Made by a program: the position numbers and the translations under genes. Positions 50,685 to 64,000 of a stretch of DNA of 64,000 nt are shown here, one piece after another. The stretch's first letter is position 1. Each line of letters opens with the position of its first letter. The notes below the pieces were generated by a model that worked only from the letters and a program-made list of their open reading frames with translations, was not told where the DNA came from and ran no database searches. The stretch comes from Botryllus schlosseri (Eukaryota): positions 38,318,001 to 38,382,000 of the forward strand of contig CM119372.1 of NCBI GenBank assembly GCA_051294905.1, written 5' to 3'.

Positions 50685-52494
50685 CTGCCACATATCTTTT
50701 TTTAGATTTGAGAACTTGAAATACGATCTAAAACTACTACACAATCCTGAAACTTTACTCATCAAACTTCACTATCACATCACTTTCAAAAGTTACCATG
50801 CGGTGGAAGATCGGCTATATACGTCACATTACCTGTTTATGATGATAGGACTTGACCCGTTGATAGTTCGTGACAGAAAATTGTGATTTGTACGGGCACG
50901 ACGTTTTGTAGAATTACTCGAACTCGTAATGAATCGGTGATAAAATAAGAATGACTCGAGTTGAGTCGGGTGAAACGTTACAATCGGAGAAGGACTTGTG
51001 GCTCGGAAAGCCGTGACTTGGTACAACCACGTACGTAACAAACTCCCAAAATGTTATAGTAACTGAACTGAACAAACTGAAATAGTAATACATCAAAAGG
51101 CCGTAACTTGCGTTGCGGAGCGTATTTAGCTATCTAAGTAGGTCGGTATGGCAACTATCTGCATTCTGCTCCCCTCTTAATGTGAAGTTAGTTATTTCCT
51201 GCGTAATATTGGGTCTCTTTAACCATGTTAATGTTGCCTATTGAAGGGGGCGAGTATAAAGTAGCGGTATTACGCTCCATTGCTGTAACACCAATGGTTT
51301 CGTCGGCGACTAGAAATTTATATTGCTATGGCACATTAATGATCGACAGTTGTTATTGATCTGTAAATCAAACGCTGATTTAATTTTACTTTGGTAATGG
51401 CATGATCAACAGCCAAGTTATCAGGAGTATGCCAGCAACCCAGATTAGGATGTATTGCTCCAATGCTCCGATCAGGTCAATATTTGTTAAACTTTTATAT
51501 AATCTACCAATAATTGTGGCACGTCAAATGTCCGCTAGCTGCCAAATTATAACCCAGCAGCTTTTACGATGTCATGAGATGCATTTGTAGGCTACTCTCG
51601 CATAGTGTCTTTAACTACATATTTTGACAGACTATGCCAAGTACAACAACAATTTTATTCAAACATTTGAAAATGTGATATTTTTCGTACTATAGACGTG
51701 ATTTCACAATAGTAAATCACATTTCGCGTTGCGCGCGGTATGCCAGTCTGCAATTTCCCGTAAAATAAGGCCTATACTTGGAAATACATTGAAAACCCCT
51801 ATTATTGTTGCTGCGGCCCGCGGCGCCATCAAAAACTGAAAATGGGCCCGAGACCACGATTGAGTTTGAGACCTCTGCTTTATCTGCAGCCAAGTGGCGC
51901 AAGTACAACAGCCTGTTTGCATAATGTTAACAATCCTTCGCCATCTGGGCTACCATACATGTTTCTCTTTCTGGACACATGGATTTAGGTCGAGTCGAGA
52001 TACTACTAGGTTTGCTGATCCATAGGAAAAGTTTGCCTAGTTCGTATGCTATATTCGTGCTACTTTTTCTGTTGTAGACTTCTTGATTCAACTTGAGTTG
52101 AATTCAACCCTATAGTAGAAGAGCACGAATTCTATCAAGTCGTGGTGGTACAATCTTCTCTCTGCAGCCTAAAGTAAGCTTGATGGTAATGCAATGCTTA
52201 ATGCCTATTGCAACACATTACCATACTTGAGATAATTTGGCACTATTTCACAAGATATTTGGGCAGTAGTAGTTGCTCACCTATATATTGTGATTCGGCT
52301 TGTTCTTTCGTCTATGATATTTTATGTGCTCATGGAACAAACTAGTATGGCAAGTTTTTTGTATAGTGACCCCTGAAAGTGAAGATGTTAGTCATTTGTT
52401 TTGTATAAGTACGGGATAGAAATACCTTCTTTTCTCAAATTTACTGCCTAAAGATGCTACTGGTTGGATTCCAACCGGTGTAGGTTTTGGTGTT

Positions 52495-52672
52495 GAATAG
52501 TATATTCATATTGGAATGAACCCGGATATTTTCGGATGACAATTTTTGCCTGTCATATTTTGTGATACAATTGTTGATATACAAGGTTCTCTCCAATTCT
52601 CTGCTATTTGCTGACGATTATCCCTGATGAGTATCTGCCGAAAATGTTAGGGTAAATCTCAATATGAATATA
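52495..52672. mobile_element. Penelope pLTR remnants in inverted arrangement
   Basis: Both ends match the pLTR at 31651-31720 / 33880-33952. Confidence 0.7.
52618..52664 (+). ncRNA. Minimal hammerhead ribozyme (Penelope pLTR copy)
   Basis: UUAUCC-CUGAUGA-GUAUCUGCC-GAAA-AUGU-UA-GGGUAA. Confidence 0.6.
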
Positions 52673-52984
52673 TCAGTAAATTTTATATTCAAGTTTTGTA
52701 CCTTCAAGAAGCTGTTCAAAGTGGAGTTGTAGAGCTATAATTATTGATGAAAGAATTTCCCACAGTAAATATACCACGATTTTAACGCTTCCATTGGTTG
52801 GAATTAAATTAAACATGTAATGCACCAATTTCTTACAAAACTTCGTAGGGACGGGCAGCCACTATCAAAAATGTGTATACTTTTTAGTACATTGAAAATT
52901 CTCGTGTTGTTATAACTTCGCTTCTGCAAGCTGGAATCGAATTGAATTGGGTGTGCAATGTTTATAACGGCCCTAACATGTCCT

Positions 52985-53228
52985 GTTTTTTCAGTTGTAG
53001 AATTGGACTTTAGATTTTGAAATTTTTTTCGATCAGGATGAAGTTGGACTGAAAATCTGGCAAATATTTTTGGATCAGGATGGAGTATAGGACTGAATTG
53101 AAAATTTTCAGGACCGGACTTGGACAGTAAATTATGAAAATATTTTTGGATCAGGATGGACTAGGACTGAATTGAAAATTTTCAGGATCGGACTTGGACC
53201 GAAAAATATTACAGTCCGCTCATCACTG
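52985..53228. mobile_element. 3' part of a hAT-like MITE with a tandem internal duplication
   Basis: Duplicated aaatatttttggatcaggatgga...ggacttggac block; ends gctcatcactg. Confidence 0.5.
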
Positions 53229-53235
53229 CTCAGTG

Positions 53236-53670
53236 CTCAGCAATCTGAACGCAACGTAATTGCTAATCCCATCGCTGACGTCTCGCACGCTTAAATTCAA
53301 TAAACTTGATCTTATTTGAAAGCTACTGCCGCACTGATTTCGAAAATATACATTAAAATCGAATCAGGGCAATGGAACTCCCTTGAAATACACCCTAAAG
53401 TCTGAAAGTCGGCATTGTTCCGAACAATCACAGCGACGCAGCACAATGACCATAACAATGACCCTTGTGTGGTTGCGATTGTTCAGAACAATACCGATTT
53501 TCAAACTTTAAGGTGTATTTCAAGGGGGTTCTATTGCCCTGATTAGATTTTAATGTGTATTTTCAAAATCAGTGCGACAGTAGCTTTGAAATAAGATCAA
53601 CTTTACTGAATTTAAGCACGCGGGTCGTCAGCTATGGGATTACCAATTATGTTGCGTTCAGATTGCTGGG
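53236..53670. mobile_element. Hairpin MITE (~200-bp imperfect arms)
   Basis: ctcagcaatctgaacgcaac ... gttgcgttcagattgctggg. Confidence 0.8.
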
Positions 53671-54748
53671 CAGTAATTGCCTCCAGGCAAGCAAGCGTGA
53701 CGCCGGGTGTTGCGTATCTATCCGTAGGTTAGTTATCTATCATATGAGCGGAGTTAAAGTTTAGTCGCTTTGTTGCTTGTAATATGATTGAATCAGTGAT
53801 CGAAGTTAGGCTAGATTTAGGGATATAATGTACTGAAGGACATTATTTGTATGCTCAAGTATTGTATAAGTTCAGGCCATCATTCAGATGATTGTATCTT
53901 TATTGTGTAGATTGTAAGTGTTGTTAACCGCTATTGTGACCATTGTCTCGACGTTGACGTGATCTTTCTTTGTACTAAATTGCTATCCTATTCTGTAATT
54001 GTTTGAGTTACATTTGACCGGGTCTCAGGGGTAGGCTCGGATTATAGGAAGTAAAGAAAGTGAGGTAGTAGTCTCAATTCGAGTTAGCAAGCTACTCGAC
54101 AAGCCTAAATTGTTACAGCCAAAACTGTAGTCAAGTAAATATAACGAACTATCGTTTGAGCTAGGCAACGACCGAAACGTACGTTATATTTAAGTTAACG
54201 ACACTACTCGTTTGTGATTGAGAGCTTCTCATTAGCTATATATCGAATTGTTGCAGTTATAGTATCTGCAAAATTGATTCTCTCATTACCGGTAGGCCTA
54301 GTCATCAATTGAGGGTATAACTGATTGCTTGATTCGCGCCTAATTCTTGTAGTATTCACGTCGACTGAAAGGCATAGTTTGCAACTGAGGTTTCAGCGGC
54401 ACTCAAAGGGCTAGATTGTAGTTTGACTAGTCATGGCGATGAAGGAATCTATTGCGAAAAAGGAATTTGAAGAGACGCTCGCTTGTTTGAGAGAACAATA
54501 TCGATTTATTGAAGAAAAGATGTTAAATCCTGACGAGTCCCTGCAAATGTACCGTAAGGAATTGGAACGTACGTTTGAAAAATATGTTACAGTCCATCGA
54601 CTATATACTATGGAAATGCAGGATGATATTGTCAAGACAACCCACATCAAGGATTATTATCAGGAATTTCAATACAAACTTCAAGAATGTTGTAACGGGT
54701 GTAACAAGACCTTTTTGGCACCACCAATAATTACGCGTTCATCTATTC

Positions 54749-56079
54749 CAGCGGTTCTCAACCTTTTTTGACACGCGCCCCCCCGGCGATGGTCAAAAAA
54801 ATCGCACCCCCCTGACCCCCCTTACATTTATCGTCATGTCAAAAAGAGCACATCATCTAATACAGAGGTGGGCATTGGGCAACCTTCCTGCTAATTATGG
54901 CCGCATTTCGATTACTTTTGTAGCCTAAGGCCGCATTCCAGGGCATAGCCGCAATATGAACGATCTGGACGCAAAATGCCTATGGTAAACTGTCCATATC
55001 CATTCCCTGTGAACTCCGGACTATTCTACTTTTCACAACGGCCTATTGTACGCACCGAAATCTAGAGTGACAATGTTATGAATAGTTGCTGGGAGTGCAT
55101 ATTGTCGCGCAGAGCGCAAAAATTTTTCAGAGCCGCAAATGAATTGTTATTTCTTGAGGATTCCCATTCCTGCTCCAATTAAGAATAGCGCTACTGCATT
55201 AAAATCGAAAAACGAAGTCTTGTTGAATTGCGCGGAGCGCGAAGAAAATTTCAAGATTAAATAAAATCTCTCGAAAATTCGGGAGTGCATTCGTAATTGC
55301 AATTTGCATGTCTACGGCTGCCAACACATACTAATTGAATTAGGCGTCGACGGCCGCACGAATTCCCTTCTACGGCCGCATGCGGCCGTACTGGCTGCCC
55401 TCTCCTGATATAATAGTATACATAAGGTATATCTTACGCCAATTTTGAATCCCCATTACAGTTGTTTAGTCTTTTACATTGCTGACAAACTTCCCGAAAC
55501 TTGTTTGAAAATAACAAAAAAAACATTGAAAAGGACATCAATTAATTTCAAGGTAGGTTGCACTGAGACTAATCCTGATGCTGGTAGTGAATACAGAGAG
55601 CACGGCGTCGTTCTGTCCTGCCATGCTAAATTTGATCAGTTTTGGAAATGAATTAAATTGTGTTGATTTATAGCCAAATTGAGGGCGAAACCGGGCAACC
55701 TATATTGCATCTAAGTCTGTCTTAAGCAGTGCAGTTCGCCAGCTATCAACAACAGCTACCTAGCGCACAGAGATTTTGCCTACTGCCAAAGCTATAAAGT
55801 AATGAATGACTTGCACGTAGGAATTTCTCTAAATCTTCAAAGGATATCAAAAATTTGCTCAAATGAAGTTGAAGTCAGCCTATACTCCGTTGAGCGCGAC
55901 TGCTGGAGTTTGAGTTTGTCAAGCTTTCTAGAATACTAATTAAGTCTAATCTTCAATAATCGTATATCTTCAGAATGGTTGTGAAACACATGTTTAGTCA
56001 CCATTTATACAGACATTGACAAAAATTTCTCGTGCCCCCCCCTGAGAGGCTCCCGCGCCCCCCAGGTTGAGAACCCCTG
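54749..56079. mobile_element. hAT MITE interrupting the Pao gag
   Basis: cagcggttctcaacct / aggttgagaacccctg; no matching TSD seen. Confidence 0.8.
54863..55407. mobile_element. hAT MITE nested in 54749-56079
   Basis: cagaggtgggca / tgccctctcctg; TSD atctaata/atataata. Confidence 0.7.
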
Positions 56080-58153
56080 GTACCTCACATTCTATCAAGA
56101 GCATCGACAGTGAACGTTCGAGGCGTATTAAAGCTATAGCTTTGAGAGAAAAGGCTCGTTTGAAGTTGAAGCAGCAAGCAGAAAGGGAGTCTCTGGAAGA
56201 TGAGCGTATACTGGTAGAACGCAAATTGGCTCGCCAAAAAAATGCTCATGAATATGAATTAGCCTGTGTTGATGTTGAGGCTTGGGAAATAGGTGACGAA
56301 AGAATTGACATTCTTGAAACTGCGTCTCATCCAAATCCCAAAGAACAGAATCTATATAATTTTGTTGAAACCAGACAGAGTCTGGTACGATCAAGAAGAG
56401 GCGAGCAAGGTTCATCGTTGCCTAGGAAAGATTGTGCAGTGCAGATGGACAACAGATTGTTGTATGCAGCTCATGCTGAGACACAGAAATGCCTCAAAGA
56501 GGACAGTATGTTTCAAGGGCAGGGTTTCGAATACCCTGGATGCAACATAACTCAAAGAGTAGGCTTAGAATCTCAGGAGCCATTGATTCATCCTAAAATA
56601 ACCAGGCACAATCAAAGTAACACCAGAAAAAATGAAGATCGTATTGATGTAATGGAAATTGCCACAGCTTTGCGGAACGCTTCTGATTTACCAAAATTAG
56701 AACTATTGACGTTCGATGGTTCACCAAAGGAGTATACAAGATTCATTCGAAACTTTGAGAAAAATACCGAAAGCAGGGTTTCAGATGGTTATATCCGATT
56801 GGCGTATCTGTTACAATACTGTAAAGGAGATGCTAAAGACTCAATTCTACACTGTGCATCCTTTATAGATGGAAATGAGGGTTATAAAACAGCAAAGCAC
56901 ATACTACAATCTATGTATGGTGGGACTTTCACTATCGGCCGTCAATTTATGGAAGAATTGAATGCCAACCCTAACTTAAAACAAGGGGATAATGAAGGAT
57001 TAATAATCTTTTCAAGGAAATTACTGCAATGTTATATAACACTCAAGAATTTGGATCAATCCTCAGAATTGGAAAATTTCGACAATTTGGCAAAAATTGC
57101 ATCAAAGTTAGCACCAAACTTGTTGAATAACTGCATCAAATTATCAGCCAAGAAAGAAAAGCAAAATGTTTCACCGTCCTTCAACGATCTGGTTGTTTTG
57201 GTGTCCGATGCAGTGTAATGCTCATATTCAAGCATGGCCAAGGGGATAAGTTCTAATTATAAAGATCGATCCACACAAAAGGGATCCGGTACAATAAACA
57301 AATGTTACGCTAATGCCGTAACTACCAAATGTAGGAAGATTGGTAATGAGGCCGATGTTGATTCTAATGGGATTGGAAGAGTATGTCCGGACTGTGCAGG
57401 CAGTCACTCGCTAAAAAACTGCTCTACCTTTTCAAGTAAAGACCCAGAGGATAAATATGAACTTGTTAAAAGCAGTAACATTTGTGCAAATTGCCTTGTA
57501 CCGGGCCATATCGCAGAGCGCTGTAAATGGCCGAGTGCTTGTAATGTGAAGGGTTGCAATGCAGGAAAACATCATACCCTGCTGCATCGAAATGAAACCG
57601 ATATTGCTGGTAGAAAATGTGTTCTACGGCCTATTGTTAGTTCACAATCGGTTGCTTCATCAACCCTTGGAAGCAGAGTATATTTGAATGTCGTTCCAGT
57701 GAGAGTTAGTTGTCAGAGCGGCATAACTCTTGAAGTTTGGGCCTTTTTGGATCCGGGAAGTATAGTAATTGTTTTTGCAGTAAAACTTTGACACAGATGT
57801 TATCTGCCAATACTCGTAAAATCTCCTACTCTTCAATGACAATACATGGGACAAAGACTCAAACTGGAGAGTTTGTGGATTTGAGTATCGGATCACTAGA
57901 AGACAGCAGTCGAGTTAATCTGAAGAAAGTGCTGTCAATTGATAAAATATCTGCTTCAGCTAACAAATATAAGGGAAATCCTGATATCGAACGCTACCCT
58001 CATTTGAGTGGGATTGAATTTCCTAATCTTCCAGGTGATAAAGTTCATTTATTAATTGGTTCTAATGAGAGCAAATCATTGTGGATTGATGAATTCAAAA
58101 GAGGAAAATTGGGAGAACCAGTGGCACAAAAATCGCTATGGGTTGGAGTTTAA
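56080..58153 (+). pseudogene. Bel/Pao gag (DUF1759-like, zinc knuckles) and aspartic protease, interrupted by a stop and frameshifts; N-terminal part probably at 54433-54748
   Basis: LPKLELLTFDGSPKEYTRF...RLAYLLQYCKGDAK; CPDCAGSH, CANCLVPGH..C, C...HHTLLH; VVPVRV...WAFLDPGS; VHLLIGSN. Confidence 0.9.
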
Positions 58154-58825
58154 TTGGACCGAAGTTGGAGACCCCAAATGATTCGGAAATCAACGTTACC
58201 AATTTCATTCAAGTTCAAGATGTTGTGACGAAACAAATTGAACAGAGACGGCATTCAGACTAGGGAGATAAAATCTCTGCGCCACACTCTGTTTTGTCTT
58301 ATGAAGATTGTTATGCACCCAATAGTGTAAAGGGTGTTGTAAGCTCAGTGGGTGTTGATCCACCAGTTGCCGAGAAGCTACTGCCTCGCCTATACAGAAC
58401 ACTGTCTAAAGACCGTGTATAGAAGGAAATATACTGCAAGGGAAAGGAGAAATCCATTGACAAAGGATTAGCTTGTATTTTATTTGAGCAGGAAGTCAAT
58501 ACACCTGTGGTTCCAGATGAACTGAACTGTACGCAGCCTATTGTCACTGGCCCAATTCAGGGAACCCAAGATTCACTAGTTAACGTGAATTTGTCGTTGT
58601 ATTTGTATGTTCTATGTTTTACAAATGAGATAAAAGACGAAGGAGGCACTTATCTGAAGTCTATCCTGGTTTTTCAGTGATATCAGAGTGCAACGATTGC
58701 TTGAGGACCTAGTGCTGCTAAACGGAGTTCGATTGGGACGGTCATGTCTTCTGGAACACCTCATTTACAGGTGGTTTAATCGATGTGTGCAAATTGCAAA
58801 CTCATGTATGAATGGGTGAACGGCC

Positions 58826-61190
58826 TAGGGTGGAGTGAAAATGACTTTTTTCAAATCGAAAAAAGGGCTTCCTCAATCCTGACGAATGACCTAAAACTTC
58901 AATAAAAAGTGACTTCAGGGTGTTGCCCCCATTTTTCAGCCGGCAACCCCCCAATTTCTGCACGTGGGGGGGGGGGGGGGTAAAATGGTCCATCTCGGCA
59001 ACCGCTGGTCGTAGAGTCATGATATATAGCTCAAAATCTGTGGAAGCATCATGTTTCTATCTGTCTTCAGAAGAAAGTTTTCTCTATTGTGAACACTAAA
59101 TGAGTTATAGCCAAAAAACAATATATACGCACATTTTTGTTGAAATTCAGCATTTATTTTGACGAAGTATGATCTGTCATCATTTTTTTATATAGGAAAA
59201 GTAACACACTGACAATACCGAATATTGGGTCCATATTACAAATATATTCACAACAGAGTCCTTTTAAAATCGGTTCAAAACATCATAATGAAACACTCAC
59301 ATTTAACGACTCATTGAAAATGCATTCTTTTGTCAAGTTTTTTCATCAGTTTACGAGACTCAATTTTTCGGCGAACGAGGCCATCTCGTCTTTGAAATCC
59401 CGAAACTTGTGCTGATGCTTCTGTTACGAGCTTTACATGTCGTTCCACTGTTTGATTGTGGCATGGATGAAACAAAATCAGAGGCTTCTCGCGGCATTCT
59501 TCCAACTTTGCATCAGTTAAGGGCTCAATCGCTGGAGGAAGTTGTTGATATAAGGTTCAATATCAAACAACTCGTGGTATGCCTTTGCTTCCAAGTTCAA
59601 CTTTGGGACACAGAATAAACGAACAGGACCGCAGTTCAATTGGTTGGAACTGCTATGACTCTCAATGTCCATAAGTGGATTTTGTTCAGCGGCATGTTTT
59701 CGAATCACCAGGACCTTGGTCACACCCAATTGAAAACAAAACTACATGGAAGTGTATCTTGTTGGCCAGTTACTCAATTCAAAAAGCTCTCGCCACCACT
59801 TATGGCCTTTCCAAAGCTCCCATCGGAAATTGTTAATGACTTGAGTAAGGACCAGTTATATGCTTATAAATGTGCTGGGCAATTATTCAAGGAAATGCTG
59901 ATGATGATCTGGCTTACTTGGAGGTTGGACCAGTTTCCCATTCAAGATGGCTAACTTTAGGATGCAGTGTAGAGTTTTACGGTATTATGTGTAGAGTTTT
60001 ACGGTATTATGTAACAGTTGATGAACCGCCTTCGAACCTGAAGATTCTGGTTCGTTTTTGTCTTGAAGTATATTTTCCGACTTGGTTTGAGATCAAGCGA
60101 AACAAACATATAACACATGAATCCTGAAACGTCTTCAACTTGATTCAACAGGTTTTGAATTTCTCTGACTGAAACTTTCGGAAAATTGCTTTGCATGTGG
60201 TGATAAGAAACAGGTTATTTCGCATACCCCGAAAATATTATGATTGCAATGCTGGTAGATGATAATGAAGACATACGAAATAAGGGTGTGACCAAGGTGC
60301 TTGCGTTTCGAAAACATGCCGCTGAATAAAATTCACTTGTGGACATTGAAAGTCATAGCAGTTCCAACCAATTGAACTGGGGACCCATTCGTTTATTCTG
60401 TGTCCCAAAGTTAAACTTAGAAGCCAAGGCATGCCACGAGTTGGTTGATATTGAACCTTATCAACATCTTCCTCCAGCGATTGAGCACTTAACCGATGCA
60501 GAGTTGGAAGAATGCCGCGAGAAGCCTCTGATTTTGTTTCATCCATGCCACAATCAAACAGTGAAACAACATGTAAAGCTCGTAACAGAAGCATCAGCAC
60601 AAGTTTCGGGATTTGAAAGACGAGATGGCCTCTCAATTGCCAAAAAATTAAGTCTCGTAAACTGATGAAAAAATATGACACAAAAATGCATTTCAATAAG
60701 CCGTTAAATGTGATTGTTTCATTATGATGTTTTGAACCGATTTTAGAAGGACTGTGTTGTGAATATATTTGTATTATGGGCCCAATATTCGGTTTTATCC
60801 GTGTGTTACTTTTAGTTTCAAAAATCTTATGACAGATCACAATTCGTCAGAATAAATGCTGAATTTCAACAAAAATGTGCGTATATATTGTTTTTTGGCT
60901 ATAACTCATTTTGTGTTCACAATAGAGAAAACTTTCTTCTGAAGACAGATAGAAACATGATGCTTCCGCAGATTTTGAGCTATATATCATGACTCTACGA
61001 CCAGCGGTTGCCGAGATGGGCCATTTTACCCCCCCCCCCCCCCCCCCCACGTGCAGAAATTGGGGGGTTGCCGGCTGGAAAATGGGGGCAACACCCTGAA
61101 GTCACTTTTTATTGAAGTTTTAGGTCATTTGTCAGGATTGAGGAAGCCCTTTTTTCGATTTGAAAAAAAAGTCATTTTCACTCCACTCTA
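58826..61190. mobile_element. Near-palindromic hATm-type derivative (arms ~900 bp)
   Basis: Ends tagggtggagtgaaaatgac / gtcattttcactccactcta; both arms encode HPCHNQTV..HVKLVTEASAQVSGF.RRDGL (59311-59505 minus, 60339-60665 plus); degenerate gtgaacg TSD. Confidence 0.9.
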
Positions 61191-61463
61191 GTGAACGCAT
61201 TGGCACAGAGTATGGTTCACTGTAGTAGATTCAATTCTGGTATTTTCAATGTGATGATTTTATATGTATACGACCTACAGTGTATTATTCTCAGTAACGA
61301 AGTTCTGATTTAGTGTGTCACAGGGAGGTATTTTTGAGAGTATGATTTGATCCGCTCAGCAGATACCGATACCCATACTCTGCTACCACATAATGTCTTT
61401 CAAAGCCTCCAGCGTAGGTTTGCATCAAACTGGGTTGATATTGAAGTTTGTATAGCTTATAAG

Positions 61464-62655
61464 TAGGGCGATTTTTTTTTTGACATGTCAAAAAAAGTCA
61501 AATTAAGGTCAAAATTTTAGCGTTAGGTCAAAAAAAGTCAAAATTGTTTACAAAGACAAAATTTTTTGAAACCTGCATTTCATTTGTATCGTAGATTTTG
61601 CACAATCGGTGAACTTATCGTTTGACATTTTACAGCTTGTAGCCTACTTTATAGGCCAACCGTTGCAGACGGCGCATTGTCTGCTCATTTTGAATCATAA
61701 ACACTGTCAAATAAAAAAAATAGGTTGATACGGTGTTCCGCTCAACGTACCGCAATATCCTAAGTGAAGCAAGACTGCGTGGGCATTGCATGGTTCTTAT
61801 ATCTTTATGAAAAATTGAGATGTACACCATTGTCAGAATGAAGCAACACGGTGTGTCACCAGCAGTGTACGCACGCACAACTTCAGTGTTGTCAGCCAAC
61901 AGCTGCTACAGTTGAACGTTCTTTCTCCATTCTTCTTGTTGTTGTTTGTATATTCATGGTGTTTGTCGATTACAATAGTCAATTGGTCATTTACACCAGG
62001 CCGATTCCTTATTTTCGATTCCGTATCCGCCGAGTATCTGCCAACTTGTAGCACGGCCCTCTTCTATGCTTTTTGTAAGACACCGCTTACGCGGATGAGA
62101 TGGCGAGGAGGAACCTAGATAAACCTTTAACACTTGGGTAGGAATTCTGGAGTCGACCTCGGTCGGACTAGAACCCACAACCCATTGGTGTTGTAGCTGT
62201 AAATTATCCCACTACGCTATCTCGCCACATCTCCATTCTTGGCAAGCTACTTAGTAAAGACATACACTTTTACCCGAGAATCAGTGATATCTAGATATCC
62301 CGCCGAGAATGTAGGAAAGTATCTTTCGTTGTTGTACTACAACAAATTTTAATTATTTGCACCATAGTACGTCATGTACTGGAATTCATCAGGGCCATAT
62401 TTTGTTTAAAAAATATTTTGTCATGTAAAAATTTGTCAGTTTTTGAGTCGAAAAATTTTTTTCAGGGAAAACTACTTCGTAAGGACAGACAGTTCAAACC
62501 AAAAATGAGAATAAGTAGTACAATTCTAACATTTTTTGGGAAAACACCTATTTTGCATACGTTAGGTCAAAATTTGGTCAAAATTTAGTTTTTTAAGGTC
62601 AAAAAATGTCAAAATTTAAATTTTGTAGTTTTTTAGGTAAAAAAAAATCGCCCTA
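61464..62655. mobile_element. hAT-like MITE (TAGGGCGATTT ends) containing a SINE
   Basis: tagggcgattttttt / aaaaaaatcgcccta; exact 8-bp TSD cttataag; related fragment at ~34255-34410. Confidence 0.9.
61935..62226 (-). mobile_element. tRNA-derived SINE
   Basis: Minus-strand head ggcgagaTAGCGTAGTGG (A box) and GGTTCTAGTCC (B box); (AAC/AAG)-type tail; other copies at ~24421 and ~44685. Confidence 0.7.
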
Positions 62656-63001
62656 CTTATAAGTCAAGCTATTATTTGAGGTGTTTTCTCGTTGTTTTAC
62701 TACTGTGTAATTTTCGATGTACTCAACGTGATTCCTACATCTGTGGGGGGGGGGGGGGATGTAACACGAGACATGGTCAAGTTATTGTGAGCCTCACATG
62801 CTCGCTGGGGAGATTTTTCCCTCGTGTCCCGATAGACACTTGTTGAAGTTTAGTGCCTTTGTTGCTCGTAATATGATTGAATCAGTGATCGAAGTTAGGC
62901 TAGATTTATGGATATAATGTACTAAAGGACATTATTTGTATGCTCAAGTATGGTATAAGTTCAGGCCATCATTCAGATGATTGTATTTTTATTGTGTAGA
63001 T

Positions 63002-64000
63002 CAGGGGTTCTCAACTTCCCTTGTACAACGGGCCGCATTTTTACAAATAAAGACCCTGCGGGCCGCAGAATATTATTATCATGTATTTGCGGGCTATTAT
63101 TAAATTCAGGCTACTATAGCCTATTTACCAGTCGTATACTGGCATTTAGTACGTTTTTATGCATTCAGGGGCATTAATGGACAGCGTTCGTAAGTTTACA
63201 GCGGCTGTTTTTTTGTGAGAATATGTATCTTCTAGCGGCGCAAGTAAATCCCTATATGGAGCCTGCATTGCATCCGTTTCCAAGTAGGTAGGTATATGCA
63301 CCCCCAAACCCTTCCAACAGAGAACTGAACTCCTTGTTTCAATGCGTGAGTGAGCAAGTATGAAATTACGGCCACTCTTTCGTTACAGAGGCCATTATCA
63401 TGACTTTCACCTCTCAGTGATATGAGAAGAAGTCTGTTGTTTGGAGTCATTTCTGAGCAAACCAATCCACCCTTCTCCTTTCCTTCCATGGCTGGTGGAA
63501 CCCTGCACCAACAGTTACAGGAGTCAGCTTTGTAAATTTGTTGTTTTTCGCATTTCCTCTGCAAATATGTCTATTCTGATAAAATGCACCCAGATACTCA
63601 GTTGGAATCGGTGGATTCGTCCAATGCTAGGCTAAAGTAGTCTACGCGGCAACACGGTTCAGAAATGCGATGAAAGATCGACCGGCATTGCTGTTACTCT
63701 TCTGGTCACGGTTGAATCAGACAACTGTAGCTTCGAAATTTGTCAGGTCATGATGTCATCGCTGCTAAGTTCGGGAAACAGCGAATATTCGCAGAGTATA
63801 TTGAAGTCGTATTGAAATCGCACCTTCTCTAGCAGATTTCTTTGGTTTAGCGATATTCTGAGCACTTTTGAACAATGCGTCTGTAACGTCGCTGCCAATT
63901 TTTACAATGCCAGAGATATGGGTTGCTGGGCTTGCCATCAAGCTAGCATCGTTTTTTCTAAGATCAGGCGATATGTGAAACTCCAGAAGAAACAGGCGTG
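63002..64000. mobile_element. hAT element inserted into the 3' LTR, running off the window
   Basis: caggggttctcaac starts exactly where LTR similarity stops. Confidence 0.7.

Larger units (their letters stand above)
53750..63001 (+). mobile_element. Decayed Bel/Pao LTR retrotransposon, pol largely missing, with several nested insertions
   Basis: Direct repeat ~53752-53912 / ~62842-63001 (LTRs); G-run PPT followed by TGT at 62760; Pao gag-protease ORFs inside. Confidence 0.8.

Noticed and set aside
60238..60840. 200-aa minus-strand ORF as a gene
   Set aside because: It is antisense to the hATm transposase fragment within a palindromic arm
62150..62226. Functional tRNA gene
   Set aside because: A/B boxes are present but there is no convincing cloverleaf, and the sequence continues into a dispersed repeat body, so it is treated as a SINE head

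Overview
AT-rich metazoan genomic DNA (spliceosomal introns, no prokaryotic features), almost entirely transposon-derived. The main feature is an ~18.4-kb nearly perfect palindrome (1406-19763; ~8-kb arms around a 42-bp spacer). It has AGTAGT...ACTACT termini and an exact 6-bp target-site duplication (GTGGTA), the signature of a Maverick/Polinton integration, but no Maverick core genes. It looks like an integrated snap-back, non-autonomous derivative, and a 2.4-kb hAT later inserted into the left arm only. Downstream on the minus strand is a multi-exon gene for a Ulp1/SENP (C48) protease-like domain whose catalytic Cys position is Ser. The rest of the window contains stacks of nested hAT/hATm MITEs, two hATm derivatives built from two inverted transposase 3' ends, a 9-bp-TSD foldback/MULE carrying a zinc-finger-like exon, Penelope GIY-YIG fragments with minimal hammerhead ribozymes, a tRNA-derived SINE and a decayed Bel/Pao LTR retrotransposon. 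All calls were made by eye, with no database searches.
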